A stretch of 64,000 nt of DNA from Azolla caroliniana (taxonomy: Eukaryota; Plantae; Polypodiophyta), in assembly GCA_043228905.1 (NCBI GenBank), contig JBHGNT010000014.1, positions 13,330,001 to 13,394,000 of the forward strand. The letters are read 5' to 3'. A program made the position numbers and the translations under genes. Shown piece after piece: positions 1 to 13,396 of the stretch. The first letter of the stretch is position 1; every line of letters begins with the position of its first letter. The notes beneath the pieces are model-generated. The model was not told the origin of the DNA. It did not search any database and saw only the letters and a program-made list of their open reading frames with translations.

Positions 1-550
1 CCTGGCACGATGCCAGCGAAGTCGGATGGGAAACGGCATGCGAGGAGGCTGAGGACGGAAGCGGCATGAAGAGATCGGCATTCCGATATGGGTGGAGCGT
101 GATCCGATTGTGGATTGTTCGGACGGGGCCGGATTCGGCATGAAAGTGCCGAAACGGAAGAGGGTGCGGGACCAACCGCCCTCTTTTACATGGGGAGAAA
201 GACCGACCGGGCGAAGGTCGAGATTTGGAAGGAGAATGAAAGCCGGTCCTATGGGATTCCTTACACCGATCCGACTGTAGGCCTGAGTGCCGGCGTGAGT
301 CCGACAAGAGAGATCAGTGGCGACAGGAGAATGGGACTCGGTAATCCGGTGAAAGACGAACGAACCCGAACGAGAACCGGGCGGAGCGGACTCCCGGATG
401 ACCATTCCGGGAGGAGGAAGAGAGCAGGCCTACGAAGAGGCCGAGGACACGGTACGTCGGTACCACGGGAGAGGGTGCGGAGTAAACCGCCCTCTCGGCA
501 TGCGGAAAAGGACGACCCGGGATAGGGTCAAGAAGGCGACGAACGCCCGA

Positions 551-1070
551 GGAGGATCCTTCACACCGGTTCTAGAGACTTCGGCAATCGGCAACGCGGT
601 CGACGTAAGACCGAGATATTGACGGTGGCGGCGAGGTGATGAAGGCAAGGGCTACGGATCGGCGGTCTACGGAGGATCCTTCACACCGGTTCTAGAGACT
701 TCGGCAGTCGGCAACGCGGTCGACGTAAGACCAAGATACTGACGGTGGCGGCGAGGTGACGAAGGCCATGGGCGTAAGGAAGTCCGGTCCTACGGGATCC
801 CCACACTTAACTAGAGACTTCGGCTGTTCGGCCAACGTGGCAACGTAAGACCGAGGGAGAAGGAAGGTGGCGGCGGGAAACGGGACCCGACTACGCGGAA
901 GACACGAGGAGAGTCCGGGAGGGACTCAAACAAAGGTCACCCGAATTTTGGCAAGCATAGAAACGGAGTCTGGTCCTATGGGACCCTCACACCGATCCGG
1001 AGACCTCGGCTGATCGGCCAACGCGGCAACGTAAGACCGATGGATAAGGTTGGTGGCGGCAGGGAACGGG
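551..1070 (+). repeat. Degenerate ~120-bp tandem repeat (4 copies) in the internal region of A
   Basis: GGAGGATCCTTCACACCGGTTCTAGAGACTTCGGCA...CGTAAGACC...GGTGGCGGCG at 551 and 671 (period 120), diverged copies at ~793 and ~980, and another at ~30494. Confidence 0.85.
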
Positions 1071-1465
1071 ACCCAACGACACGAGGTTTCGGAAGGAGCC
1101 GGTAGGGGCAAACACGGGGAGGTGTGTCAGGCCGGAAAGGCACACCTGGGACAGAACAAGGGTCTCGCAAGTGGCCATCGCGGGCCGGATCGAAGTGTGA
1201 CTACGGGACGGTGTTCGGCGCGGGCGGGGCCGAACGAAGGAAGCGGAGGACGGCACAAGAGAGGTGTCGGGAACGAGGTGGCAAGTGCGTAGTGGACTGC
1301 ACAGGGTCGAAGTCAGGGAATGGCAAGAGAGGCCGGAGGAGGATTCTCCACACTCGCTTCGTAGATCTTGGTAGCTCTGTTGAAGTAGCGAAGACTGACA
1401 GGGCAAGCCCGGGGTGACAAGCTGGTGGGGGCGAGGGGACGACGGCAAGCGGAAGACTTAGGACC

Positions 1466-1897
1466 TGTTACCAACCGGCAAAGGAGTCCAGAGTGGGAAA
1501 CGGAGAGCTAATTAAGTAGTAGGAATGTGGTTGTAATTAAGCTATGAGTGTGGACGGACGAACTGGAAACGGTATGCCGTTCCGGATCCGGACTGATCCC
1601 GAACAGGTGCGGATGGCACCGTTTTGTAATACAGACCGGAAACCTATTTAAAGGCCCGGATACAATGTAATAGTTAGCGGTTAATTAATGAAAGCTTAAG
1701 CGTTGTTATATCTCTGTGTTAATTGCCGTTCTGTCTTAATTGTTATATCTTACGCATGTTATGAAGATGATCCTAATAAGTAACTTAACTAAGTCGGATT
1801 AAGCGTTGAAGTCTAATCCGGTTGCCGTAACACCCTTTGGTGAAGTGTCTCCCGTAGACACCTTGTGTTAGGCCATTGTCCGGCCGGAAGAGTAACA
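1466..1897 (+). repeat. 5' LTR of B
   Basis: Direct repeat of 29795-30226 (roughly 15 substitutions by eye); TATTTAAA box near 1645. Confidence 0.95.
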
Positions 1898-1904
1898 CAG
1901 TTTT

Positions 1905-1914
1905 TGGCGACCAC
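1905..1914 (+). promoter_or_regulatory. PBS of B (TGGCGACCAC, tRNA-Arg(TCG)-type)
   Basis: TGG-initiated 10-mer 7 nt after the LTR, complementary to the recalled plant tRNA-Arg 3' end ...GUGGUCGCCA. Confidence 0.7.
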
Positions 1915-2019
1915 GATTCTTGTTTTTGCAGCGAACGATGGCACGGATGGATGTCTAGATCAACGCACGACCTGGTTACAGATCAAACTCGACGTCTTGC
2001 CGAAAGGCAAAGGAGAAGC

Positions 2020-3514
2020 TGTCGTGTGAATCTTCACACACTATGTAAAAAAATAATGAAATAATTATTATAGATTAGATTAGTAGCTTACTATAGAAAG
2101 ATGGATATACTCAAGAGCTTCAAAATGTATTTTACTATATACAAAATGGAGAAATACATATCAAGTTATGAGAAAATGAAGTTTGATTAGATAGAGAAAT
2201 TAGAACTATCCCACATAGATAGGAAAGTTAAGGCCCTGGCTATATAAACACCTTGAGCTCCCTCATTTTTCATTTGTGCTAAGAGCACTTTGGCCACTTT
2301 GTCTTGATGGACGATGGTGGCCAAATTCCCTAAAACCGGAAACCGGCCGGTAAGCAAATCTGGAAACGGGCCCTGTAAGCAAATCCGGAAACGGGCCGGT
2401 ATGCAATCTGGAAACTGGTTGGTATGCAAAACCGGAACCGGCCGGCAAGCAAACCGGAACTGGAATGGGTATGCAAAGCCGGAAACCGGTCGGTAAGGAA
2501 AACCGGAACTGAAACCGGCAAGCAAACCGGTACCGGCCGACAAGCAAAACCGGAACTGGAACCGGCCGGCAAGCAAAATCGAAACCGGAACCGGAACCGG
2601 CAAGCTATCCGGAAACGGGCCGGTATGCAAACCGGAACTGGAACGAGTATGCAAACCGGAAACCAGTCGGCAAGCAAAGCCGGAAACTGGGCGGTAAGCA
2701 AAACCTGAACCGGAACCGGCAAGCAAACCGGTACCGGCCGGCAAGCAAAACCGGAACTGGAACCGGCCGGCAAGCAAAATCGAAACCGGAACCGGAACCG
2801 GCAAGCAAACCGGAACCGGCCGGCAAGCAAAATCGGAACCGGAACCGACCGGCAAGCAAAATGGAATCGGCTACCGGATGATGTTGGACGCGGACGGATG
2901 AAAGATTGGATCATGCAACAAACTAAAGTAAAGTGAAGAGAACTGAAGTAAAGGCCATGTGGACGCAAGCAACTAAAGAAGGGAGTGCATGGAAAAAGTA
3001 AAGGTCATGTGGACAGTCACATGCAACCAAAAGAAAAAGCTAGGCAACTAAACGTAGAGGCCATGCAACAAAGAGTGGAAAAAAGTTATGATCAAGGGAG
3101 AACTCCATTTTTATTCCATTTTTTTTCCTACACTAGGATAGACTCTCCATATTATCTTAATTTTTCTTGTCCTTCTCAACTCTCTTATCTTAGGGAAGCG
3201 ATAACACTCAAAAACCCTAATTTTCCCTACGGAAGCCATAATACTCATATAACCTAATCCTAATCTTCCCTACGGAAGCCATATCTCTCAAACCCCCTAA
3301 TTTTTCTTTTCTATTAATCTTAGTAAACCTAAAACTTCTAAATCCCAATCTTGGGACATATTGTAATTTCTTTTTCCTTTGTTAATGAAAATGATTAAAT
3401 TTCTTCTTTTTGTTAATTGTTAAAAATATAAACGTACACATGTGATTATCCTCTGGTCGGAGGCCCCGGGGTCTTGCCTCAAAGTTCACGTATCCTCGTC
3501 GTATTTTCGCGACA
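2020..3514 (+). repeat. 5' LTR of C (1495 bp) containing a CCGG-rich minisatellite at ~2330-2880
   Basis: Matches 20119-20910 at both ends; modules such as GCAAGCAAA(A)CCGGAA(A)CCGG are repeated many times. Confidence 0.92.
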
Positions 3515-3518
3515 TCTT

Positions 3519-3536
3519 TGGTGAACCCGACGTGAA
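3519..3536 (+). promoter_or_regulatory. PBS of C, tRNA-Trp
   Basis: TGGTGAACCCGACGTGAA, the 18-nt complement of the recalled plant tRNA-Trp 3' end (...UUCACGUCGGGUUCACCA). Confidence 0.85.
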
Positions 3537-5205
3537 GCGAGGCAGTAGGAGGATATCAAGTACGAAGATGGCTTCGACAAGTGGAACTCAAGGAGAAGAA
3601 TTGACGAAAGGCATGGTGTCCGTCGTCGAATTCATGCTGAAAGAGAGAGATCGGGAGGCTTTAGTCGACAAAGCTGTTGACCGAACTGTGGAGACAGTTG
3701 GAAGATTTGGTGGGAAGAACATCACAAATTTCCTTGCTACCTACCGGAATGAGATGCAACAAAGAGATGTCCATGATCCAAAACAAATTTCAAGCTTTAA
3801 GCGTGTGGTAGAACCTGGGATCCGTGAGCGCGTGATGGAGATCCAAAACGAGCATGCAACTTGGGCGGAGTTCGAAAGGGCTCTTCTCACTGAATACATG
3901 CTTGAAGACGCATCGCGGATGACTCGGCATGCGTTAATGAATTGGATCGAGAAGAAAGGGAAGAATCTATGTGCATCGGGAATTTATGCCGAATTCGACC
4001 AGAAGTACAACCGACTTCCGAGTGTCGAGCAACGAGTTCTCGACGGAGATAAAGTCTTGCTATTCCTAAAGGCAATGGTGTGAAAGATCGGCGAGAATTG
4101 GGTAGTTTCTTGGAGGATGAAACACAACCAAATGGTTTGGTAGCGGACTGGGCGGCGGTGAAGAAGGCTTGCAGCTGTTTTGATAAGCGGCGACAATGGC
4201 AAGAGGAAGCTGAGGTCGAGAATCCACAATTGTGGAAGAAGGCACCTACGATGATTGAGCCTAGTAAGCCGATCAACAATTTCGACAAGAAAGCAATGGA
4301 GGAGTCTATAATCGAAGAGCTCTCCAAGAAGTTTGAAGCGGTATCGCTAGCAACTTAGGTCGGGGCGGGCCCAAGGGAAAAGAAGCGTATAGATGTGTGT
4401 GGTGCGATAGCTTTGAACACTCACGAAGGGAATGTGTTGACTTGCAAGATGCGATCTGCAAGAATGTCATCTATTTGGACGGCAACATGATTCACTCAAG
4501 CGAGACCCGGAAGCCACTACGAGTGAACTTCGGAAGAGGTGGGCTCAAAAAGATTGTAGAAGAAGAAGATGCAAGGCACGTGGAGGCTATGCACTATGCC
4601 GCTTCGGCTGGGATATGAGTTGGAAAAGAGAATCTTAAAATGATCAAGCCAGGAGCTGGGTTTTGGCCAACGGTCTTCGAGTGCGAAGAAAAAGGAAAAA
4701 TCAATTCGGAGGATCTAAAACTTGCTGACCGAAACGTGCGACGAGCAACCGGATGGATAGATCCAATCGACGAAAACACAAGCTTTGCGGAGGTTGTGTG
4801 TGACACCTATGAAGCCCTTGTCGAAGAGAAGAGGAAGAGAACTGGTGAAGAAGATGGCACATCAAAGCGACCTAACACGAGGAACGGAGGGAAAGAAGGG
4901 CCACCCCAACCTATCCCAAGAAAAGAGATTGGTGAAACAAACATGAAGCCCGGTGGATCGAGCCAACCTGCTCGGATGGAAGTCGAAGAATCAACGAAGA
5001 AAGGAAAAGAACGAGCGGCACCGACTTACAAGCTAAGGTCGAACATAGAACAAACAACTAACTTGCGGAAGGTCCTTGAGGAGAAGGTTTTAGATAGTCA
5101 TGTCGACCTTACCTTGAGAGAGCTACTTGGGATCGCGAAGAAGGAGTTCCATGATACTATCGTGGACCTTATTAAGAGGAAGCGACAACAATCTGATGAA
5201 GAGGA

Positions 5206-5291
5206 TGTTGGAGACAAGGCCGTGTCGATGCGGAAGATCAAGCAGCATTCGATTGGGGTGAGTACCTGCGTATGACAGTTTCAAGGTTGTT

Positions 5292-5328
<37 letters not shown>

Positions 5329-8300
5329 CACAAAAAGACTTTCTATTTCATAGAAACAAATAATACAACCCAACCTTACAAAGAGGTTACAAGGTCACTT
5401 TATATAGTGACCGACTTAGGGCAAATACCATTTATGCTAATTACACAAATGGCCCAAACTTGATCTATACAAAGGGATAGTGTGAATATGTCCATTATAC
5501 ACTTGTATTCGACACTCCCCCGTAATGGGCGTATACATGGGTTATCTAAGATTACAGGTATAAACCTAGGTTCTCGGACATATCAGTTTTGTTCGAGTCG
5601 GCAGGGTCCGAAGGCAGAAGACCGGACTGGTCGGGTCGGAAGAGTTGAAGCCGATCATTAAGGAACTGATGTCGGTTGTCCGAAACCATCCTGCGCTGTG
5701 TCCGGCTCTAACCGGACTGGTTTGTTGTTACGCCCATCTGATGCCGAAGGGACCGAAAGCGGTCTGCCGAAAGACACTTGGTCATTCCATCTGCGACATT
5801 GTCGGTTGTGGATATTTTCTCTAGACCGATTTTCCCTGAAATGACGCAGTCCCGAACGAAGTGATATCGAACGTCGATATGTTTGGAGGCGTTGTGGTGA
5901 ACCGGATTTTTCGACAAGGCAACAACACCTTGACTGTCGCTATAGACAACTGGAGCCGAGTCATGGTCGACTTGCCGAAACGTGTGCGCCAGCCGGCCGA
6001 GCCACAAAGCTTCTTTTGCAGCGTCGGACGCAGCTACATATTCTGCTTCGGTCGTTGAGGTCGCTGTGCACTCCTGAAGTTTCGACTTCCACGAAATTGC
6101 TCCATTGCCGAATTTGAAGCAGTATCCGGTTGTTGATTTCCGACTATCTATACAGCCGGCGAAGTCCGAGTCGGTGTAACCGACTACGCCTGAGGTTGAG
6201 TTCGGACCGAAAAGAATGCCGTGGTCTTTTGTGCCAGCCAGATATTTGAACACATGCTTGACTGCGTTCCAATGCGATCGGCCAGGATTGTGCATAAATC
6301 TGCTAACGACTCCTACGGCATGAGAAATATCAGGCCGTGTCGCGACCATCAGGTACATAAGGGAGCCGACTGCCGGTGCATACGGTACCGACTTCATATC
6401 TTCCCCCTCCGGACCGGATGTCGGGCAGTCTCGCTGAGAGAGCCGAAGATTCATGGGGAGCGGGGTTGAAGCAGATTTGGCTGATTGCATGTTGAAGCGT
6501 TCCAAGACACGTCCGATATAGTCGGTCTGAGACAAAAAAAGATGTCGTTGATCGCGATGCCGACTAATCTTCATGCCAAGTATGTGTCGTGCCGGACCGA
6601 GGTCCTTCATGGCAAACTTCAACCGCAGTTGCCGAATGAGATCGGCAAGTTCGCCCGCGTGGCGTCCAGAAATTAGCATGTCGTCCACGTAAATGATGAG
6701 GAAGATGGGTGATCCATCTTGAGCTGTGTTGGTAAAAAGACAATGGTCCTCATCGCTTTTTGAGAAGCCGATCGATTGGATGAAGTCGTCGAACTTCTTG
6801 TACCATTGTCGCGGTGCCTATTTGAGGCCGTATAGACTCTTCCTAAGTCGGCAGACTAGATGTTCTTGGCCAGTTGCCACGAAGCCTTTTGGCTGCTCCA
6901 TATAGATTTCCTCTTCAAGATCACCATGGAGGAATGCTGTTTTGACATCTAGCTGAATCAGCTCCAAGTTGTCGGCTGCCACTACGCCGAGTAGAAAACG
7001 AAGGGTTGTCATTTTCACCACTAGTGAAAAAATCTCGTCGAAGTCGACGCCATATTCTTGTCGGAAGCCCTTCGCAACTAATCTGGCCTTGTACTTTGGG
7101 GTGGTCGAATCAGACGTCTCTTTTAGTCGATAAACCCACTTGCAAGGAAGAGCCCGTCGATTCTTAGGTAATTCGACCAGATCCCAAGTCTTGTTTGCCC
7201 GAATGGAGTGCATTTCCGACTCCATCGCCAGATGCCAGGTGGCTGAATCAACAGATGTCGATGCTTCTTCGTAAGACGTCGGTTCGCCGGCGTCGGTGAA
7301 GAAAATTCCAGGAGAATACCTCTCCGGAGGTTGCGACAGTCTCTCGGATCGTCGAGGTATGATTGGACTGGTCGCATCGGGTATCGAGGTCGGATGGTCC
7401 GAAAGCGAATTATTCTGCTGTGCCGAGTCAGAGTTGTCCGAGTCGGTAGTGTAAGGTTCAGCTACCCGTGAAGCTGACCGTGTGTTAAGAGCGGGGCCTT
7501 CTTGAAGGGTCGGCACATCGGAAAATGTTACCCTTCGGACTTCGATCGGTGTTTTGACTGATGGATTCATAGCCGACTCGTTGAACACAACGTCCGAACT
7601 TCGAACGATTTGTCTGCGTTCGGGGTCCCAGAGTCGGTATCCCATTTCGCCGTCGGATCCATATCCAAGGAAAATGCATTTCCTGGACCGAGGTGCAAGT
7701 TTTCGGCGATCATCTTTCGGAATAAGGGCGTACGCCTCGCATCCGAAGATCCTCAGCTTGTCGTAATTCGGCTTACTGCCGATCCATAGTTCCTGAGGAA
7801 TTTGAAGTCCTAGAGGTCTGCTTGGCGACATATTGATTATGTGTACTGCCGTGAGTAGAGCCTCTGCCCAGAAGCCATCCAACAGTCCGGAATGTTGGAG
7901 CATGGAAACTATCCGTTCTTGGATTGTCCGATTCATGCGTTCGGCAATCCCGTTTTGCTCCGGACTGTGTGGTGCCGTAAATTCACGTCGGATGCCGCGT
8001 TGTCGGCAGAATTTGACAAATTCTTCTGATTTGAACTCTCCCCCATTGTCTGTCCGAAAGCATTTCAGTTTTCGGTCAGTTTGATTTTCTACCATAGCGA
8101 GCCAATCGGAGAAGATCGAGAAGACACGATCTTTGGTGCGAATTGGATAAGCCCACACCTTTCGAGTCGAATCGTCAATAAAACTGACGAAGTAAGAGTC
8201 ACCGCCGAGAGACTGATGCGGCATTGGGCCACAGATGTCCGAGTGGACTAAATCAAGAGGTCTCGATTCTCTTGGTGCTGATGTCGGGTGTGATGCGGCT

Positions 8301-10522
8301 GCTTGTTTGCCGTACTGGCAATGTTCGCAAAATTGATGGTCCGAGAAGGAGAGTTTAGGGATGTATCCGGCTCTAGATAGATGCGTAATGCCGGCCTTGC
8401 TGAGGTGTCCTAATCTTCTGTGCCATAGTGATGACACAGGAATATCCACCAAAAACAGGTTACCCTCTCTGAGCGTAACATGTAACGGATACAGTGAGTG
8501 TATCTTGGGTCCTCTGGCAAGCAGGAAGTTCCCCCTGTGGAGTGTCCACCCTCCCGAAGAGAAACCGGCACGAATGCCGTCTGCATCTAGTTGTCCGACT
8601 GAGATCAATGGCCTTGAGAGCTCGGGTACATGTCGGACATTGTGAAGTACAAGTGTAGAGCCACCTGCAAGGTTGAGCTCTACTGTGCCGATTCCAATGA
8701 TGTCACAGTGTTGCGAGTTGCCGACTCGAACTGAGTCGGAGTGACGGATCGTATATTGCCGAAATTGGGATCGATGAGGAGTCACGTGAAATGACGCGCC
8801 CGAATCTAAGAGCCATGTGCTCGATTCTTCAGTCGTGAGTAGAACTTCTGATCCGACTGGATTTTCGATTGATAGTATATTCGGGTCGTCTGGTAGCACA
8901 TCAGCTGAGAAGCTGACGTAATTGATCTCCTCATGCCGGCCACTCTTCTTGTTTGATCTCTGAGACTTGTCGTTCTTGTTCTTGAGTGTGCGGCAGTCGG
9001 CTTTGATGTGTCCGGGTTTCTTGCAATAGTTGCAGATTCGATTATCCCGTGACTGGCTCCGTCTTCGCTGATTGTTCGGCGGCCGTGAGGAATCTCTTCC
9101 TCGTATGTTCGATCGGTCTGTCGAACCTTGTACTACGTAAGCGTCGTCTGTTGAGTCTTTGGCGAAAGACTTTCTCCGAGCTGCTTCGGTCAGGATTGCG
9201 CTCGTGACTTCGGAGTATTTAACAGCCGTGGTTGACGCGTTGCACACGGTTGTGACGAAAGTTTCCCATGATGAGGGAAGGCTGCTCATGAGTATCATTG
9301 CTCTGAGTTCATCCTCGATTGCCGTCCCCTGTGACGAGATTTGGGAGCTTATGCTTTCGTACTCATTGAGATGTGCTTGAACCGAATCGGATTCTTTCAT
9401 CCGCAAATTGTAGAGGCGCCGGATCAGAAACATCTTCGTTGCAGCGACCTTCTTTTCGTAGGTGTCCGACAGTGTTTTCCACAGTTCGAATGCTGTCGTA
9501 CACGATTGCACCGTAAAGTATACCGATTCCGATAGGTGCATCCGAATCGTGGCGCGGACGATTCTGTCCAGCTTCTGCCACTCAATTGGTTTGTATCCTT
9601 CTGGAGGTTCTTCATTTTCGATGGGATCGATTTGCCCCTTGACTATGAGATAGTCCTGCATTTGCTCCTTCCAGAAGTTGAAGTTCGATCCATCGAACTT
9701 TCGTAGACTCATTTCTGACGAGCCGGATGTTGATGCCATCAAATTTGGTTTCGGTTGACGAAGCTCGGTTCGGAGTTGACTACGAACCTTGTTGGAGTGC
9801 AGCCGGTTGGCTCACCCGATATCGTTCTAGTCGGATTTGAACCCGAGTCGGTTCGGCTTCGGATATATGTATTGTTGAACTTGCTCGAATTGACTCCGGT
9901 AACTTGAGGGACAGAACCGACTGGTCTTCCCGAATGTTGCCGAGTCGGAGTGAGCCCGGTTCGCTTCCGAATATATATGCCAAATACCGATTATTGAATC
10001 CGATTGTCTGGACCGATTCTGCTTCGGGTGACTGCAGCAACGAGAGAGACGGATCCAACTGATCCTCTCGAATGTCGATCAGCCGGATGAAGCACGAATT
10101 GGGGTTGTTGTCTTGAGACCGATCTGCACCGAGTGGTTACAATGAGCGGCGAGCAGCGTTTGATGACCTCTTCGGATGCCGTTTAACCGAGTGGAGCACG
10201 ATCGTGTCAATGTTGCACAAGGGGATTTCACCTCGAGCGGTTACGATCACAAGGAACAGAGTACAACCGGCTGGCTTACTCCAGGCGAAGATGATCTAAC
10301 GCGATGAGATGCAAGCCTCGTTTTTCTTCTTCTTCTCTCTTCTTCGAATGACGCAGGAAACCGAATGCTGTGCAGGCTGAGACGACGGCCGACAACGGGT
10401 TGAGGAACCGAATACTGTGCAAGCTCTGATACCAGATGTTGGAGACAAGGCCGTGTCGATGCGGAAGATCAAGCAGCATTCGATTGGGGTGAGTACCTGC
10501 GTATGACAGTTTCAAGGTTGTT

Positions 10523-10567
<45 letters not shown>

Positions 10568-10753
10568 CACAAAAAGACTTTCTATTTCATAGAAACAAAT
10601 AATACAACCCAACCTTACAAAGAGGTTACAAGGTCACTTTATATAGTGACCGACTTAGGGCAAATACCATTTATGCTAATTACACAAATGGCCCAAACTT
10701 GATCTATACAAAGGGATAGTGTGAATACGTCCATTATACACTTGTATTCGACA
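5206..10753 (-). mobile_element. Young full-length Ty1/copia element D
   Basis: LTRs at 5206-5514 and 10437-10753 differ only in (GA)n length and about 1 substitution. TSD GAGGA at 5201-5205 and 10754-10758; tRNA-iMet PBS (GCTCTGATACCA on +, 10423-10434); PPT complement CTCCCCCGT at 5515. Confidence 0.97.
5708..9742 (-). pseudogene. gag-pol of D with a single premature TAG at 6818-6820 (SLYGLK*APR)
   Basis: Gag, CNYCKKPGHIKADC, protease WLLDSGAS, GAG-pre-integrase, integrase DDE, RT YVDD, RNase H ADGMTK, in copia order. Confidence 0.95.
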
Positions 10754-13396
10754 GAGGAGGTCAAAACAAGTGCCATAACCATGGCAAGATCGGAAGAGGA
10801 GGAAGAAGAAGAAGTGGTGGCGGATAGCCATTACTCGCGGCCTCATTGGGCAAGAGCGACAACGGAGACACCGGTGAAGATCGGGGAGAAGAAAGAGACC
10901 GTGGTCGCTTTGATTGACCATGGCTCTGAGATCAACCTCATGTCGACCGAGTTCTATAAGAAAGGAAGATGGCCGATTAATACAAACCACGGATGGAAGA
11001 TTCGAGCGGCGACGAAGGCTACGGAGGACTTGTACGGAGCTTGCCCCAACGTTAAAGTCACGATCGGGGATGTAGAGATTGATCAACACTTCTTCGTGCA
11101 AGACTCGGCTTCACATCCCGTCATCCTAGGACAACCATATATAACATCGTCCCGGATGGAGACCAAGGTGTTCGATAATGGAGCAGCCTTCGCGCGCGTC
11201 AAGAGTCTTGATAGTAAAAGATCCGTTCAATTCCTGACGGTTCGAGCTAATCATGAAAGGAACCGAGATAGCCTTGGAGGCGAATCCTCGGATTTTTAAA
11301 GCGAACTATTGAAGCATGGGGCACAAATAGTCCGAGCAATCATAAGTCCCCACAAGGAAGCAAAGTGCGTGGATTGCAAGGAGAAGCAACATGCGTCACA
11401 CCTGGCGGCGCATGCAAACTTAGACTACTCAACAAGAAGGAAAAGTGTCAGATACAAGACTTCGAGGAGGTGCTGAAAGAAGAAAGCATAATCGAAGAAG
11501 AAGAATTCGTGTCATATATTCTGGAGGAAGCCTCATTTAACGACACCATCGGCGAAATCGAGGCAGTCGTGGATTTGAGCTATCCTCACCATCGACATGT
11601 GATTTCGGTTAACTCCGTCAACATGTATACTATCATCGATGAATATCATCGAGGCATCTTGATAGAGGAAGTCGAAGTCAACACAAAATATAAAACCGTG
11701 GATAGGAAGATCAAGCCAGTTGCAGTTCCGCTACCGGAAGATAGCTGGCAAAAGATGAAGGAAGTTGCAAAAGATCCAAGCTTAAGGAACCCAAATACAA
11801 TTGGTCACATCTTCACTGAAGAGACGAAGGGAAAGCTACGAGTTGGAAGGGAGGATTTCCTCCTCCCTGAAGAGGAGCGGATGTTTCGTGGAATGCTTGA
11901 AAGACATGGGAAGGCTTTCGCGTTTTTTCCACAAGAAATCGGGTGTGCTAATCCAAGGACGGTAGAACCGATGGTGATCTTCACGGTGCCGCATGTGCCT
12001 TGGAACTTGAAACCGATACCGGTTCCGAGAGCACACCTACCGAAGTTGATCGAGCTCTTAAAGGAGAAGGTGAGGATGGGAATTCTAGAACCGTCGAATG
12101 CTCCTTATTCTAATAGGTGGTTCACGGTGCCAAAGAAGAATGGATCGTTGCGATTCATTCAAGATCTTCAACCCGTCAACAAGGTGACAATTCGGAATGC
12201 TGGAATCGGTCCGAGTGTGGATGAATTTGCCGAGGCGTTTGCGGGCCGGTCCATCTACTCCATCGGCTATCTTTACTCTGGCTACGATCAATTCCAATTG
12301 GCGGTCGACAGTCGTGACATTACAACCATGAGAACTCCAATCGGGTTGGTGCGGATGTGTACCTTACCTCAAGGCGCAACAAACTCGGTGGCTCATATGG
12401 TGAATGCCATGAACAAGGTCTTGAAGGATTGCATCCCGGATATCACGATGCCATTCTTAGATGATATTCCGATAAAAGGATGTTCGGATGAAGAGAAGGA
12501 TGAATCAAAAGATAAGGATGGATGTAGAAAGTTCGTCATGGATCATATGAAAGATTGCGAGAAGGTGCTCCAAAGGCTCGAAGATGCGAATTTGACATTT
12601 TCGGGAGAAAAATCCGCATTCGGGCAACCAGAGATCTTGGTGGTAGGTCACTTGTGTGGAGCATACGGTCGGAAGCCTTCACCATCCAAGGTGAATGCAA
12701 TTCAAGACATGAAAGAAGAATGTGTAACCCAAACGGAGGTTCGAAGGTTCCTTGGAGCATGCGTGTTTTATCATATTTGGATTCCACACTACGCCCACAT
12801 TGCGGAGCCATTATATGGTCTACTAAAGAAGAAGCGGATGTTCGAATGGACGAGCGAGCATACAATCGCCATCCGAAGGCTGAAGAAATTATTGATGGAG
12901 GCACCTGCATTACGGAAAGCGGACTATTCATACGGCAAGCCCATTTTCGTGACTGTGGATACTAGTCCAATCGGAATTGGATGGGTTATCAACCAAGAAG
13001 ATGAAGATTGCAACCGATATGCAATTCGGTTTGGCGCGAAAGTGTTAAGTGACAGGCAAAGAAGGTATGCCCAAGTGAAGAGGGAGTTATGGGGGATCGT
13101 CTCGGCAATCAAATCTGATCGTGATTACCTTATTGGAGCAGAAGTCATAATTGAGACAGATTGCCTACCAAATTTGGGTATGATATCTGGTTGTAATACA
13201 CCGGATATTGCCATGTTGCGTTGGATTGCATATATCAAATCACTCAATCCGGAGATCCGTCATGTAGCTGGGAAGCGTAATGTCGTTGCAGACATGCTAT
13301 CACGAGCGAGATACGACGGAGAAGAAGATCGACATTCTGATGAAGATGATGTTGGCCTGGATTTCTTTGCAAGTTCCTATGCTCGGGTGTTGATTA

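Larger units (their letters stand above)
3568..11299 (+). pseudogene. ORF1 (gag-protease) of C, split by D (3568-5205 plus 10759-11299)
   Basis: Zn knuckle C-x-WCDS...H....C and protease LIDHGSE. Frameshifts near 4075 and 4358 are absent in relative F. Reading frame is continuous once D is excised. Confidence 0.88.

Noticed and set aside
551-1070. Repeat-spacer pattern reminiscent of CRISPR
   Set aside because: Units are ~120 bp, degenerate, in a eukaryotic retrotransposon, with no cas genes.
2187-2968. Several long ORFs on both strands (also 20286-21153)
   Set aside because: Artefacts of the stop-free CCGG minisatellite in C's LTR.
4070-4360. Frame changes in C gag as programmed frameshifts
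   Set aside because: Relative F reads through in one frame here, so these are mutations.
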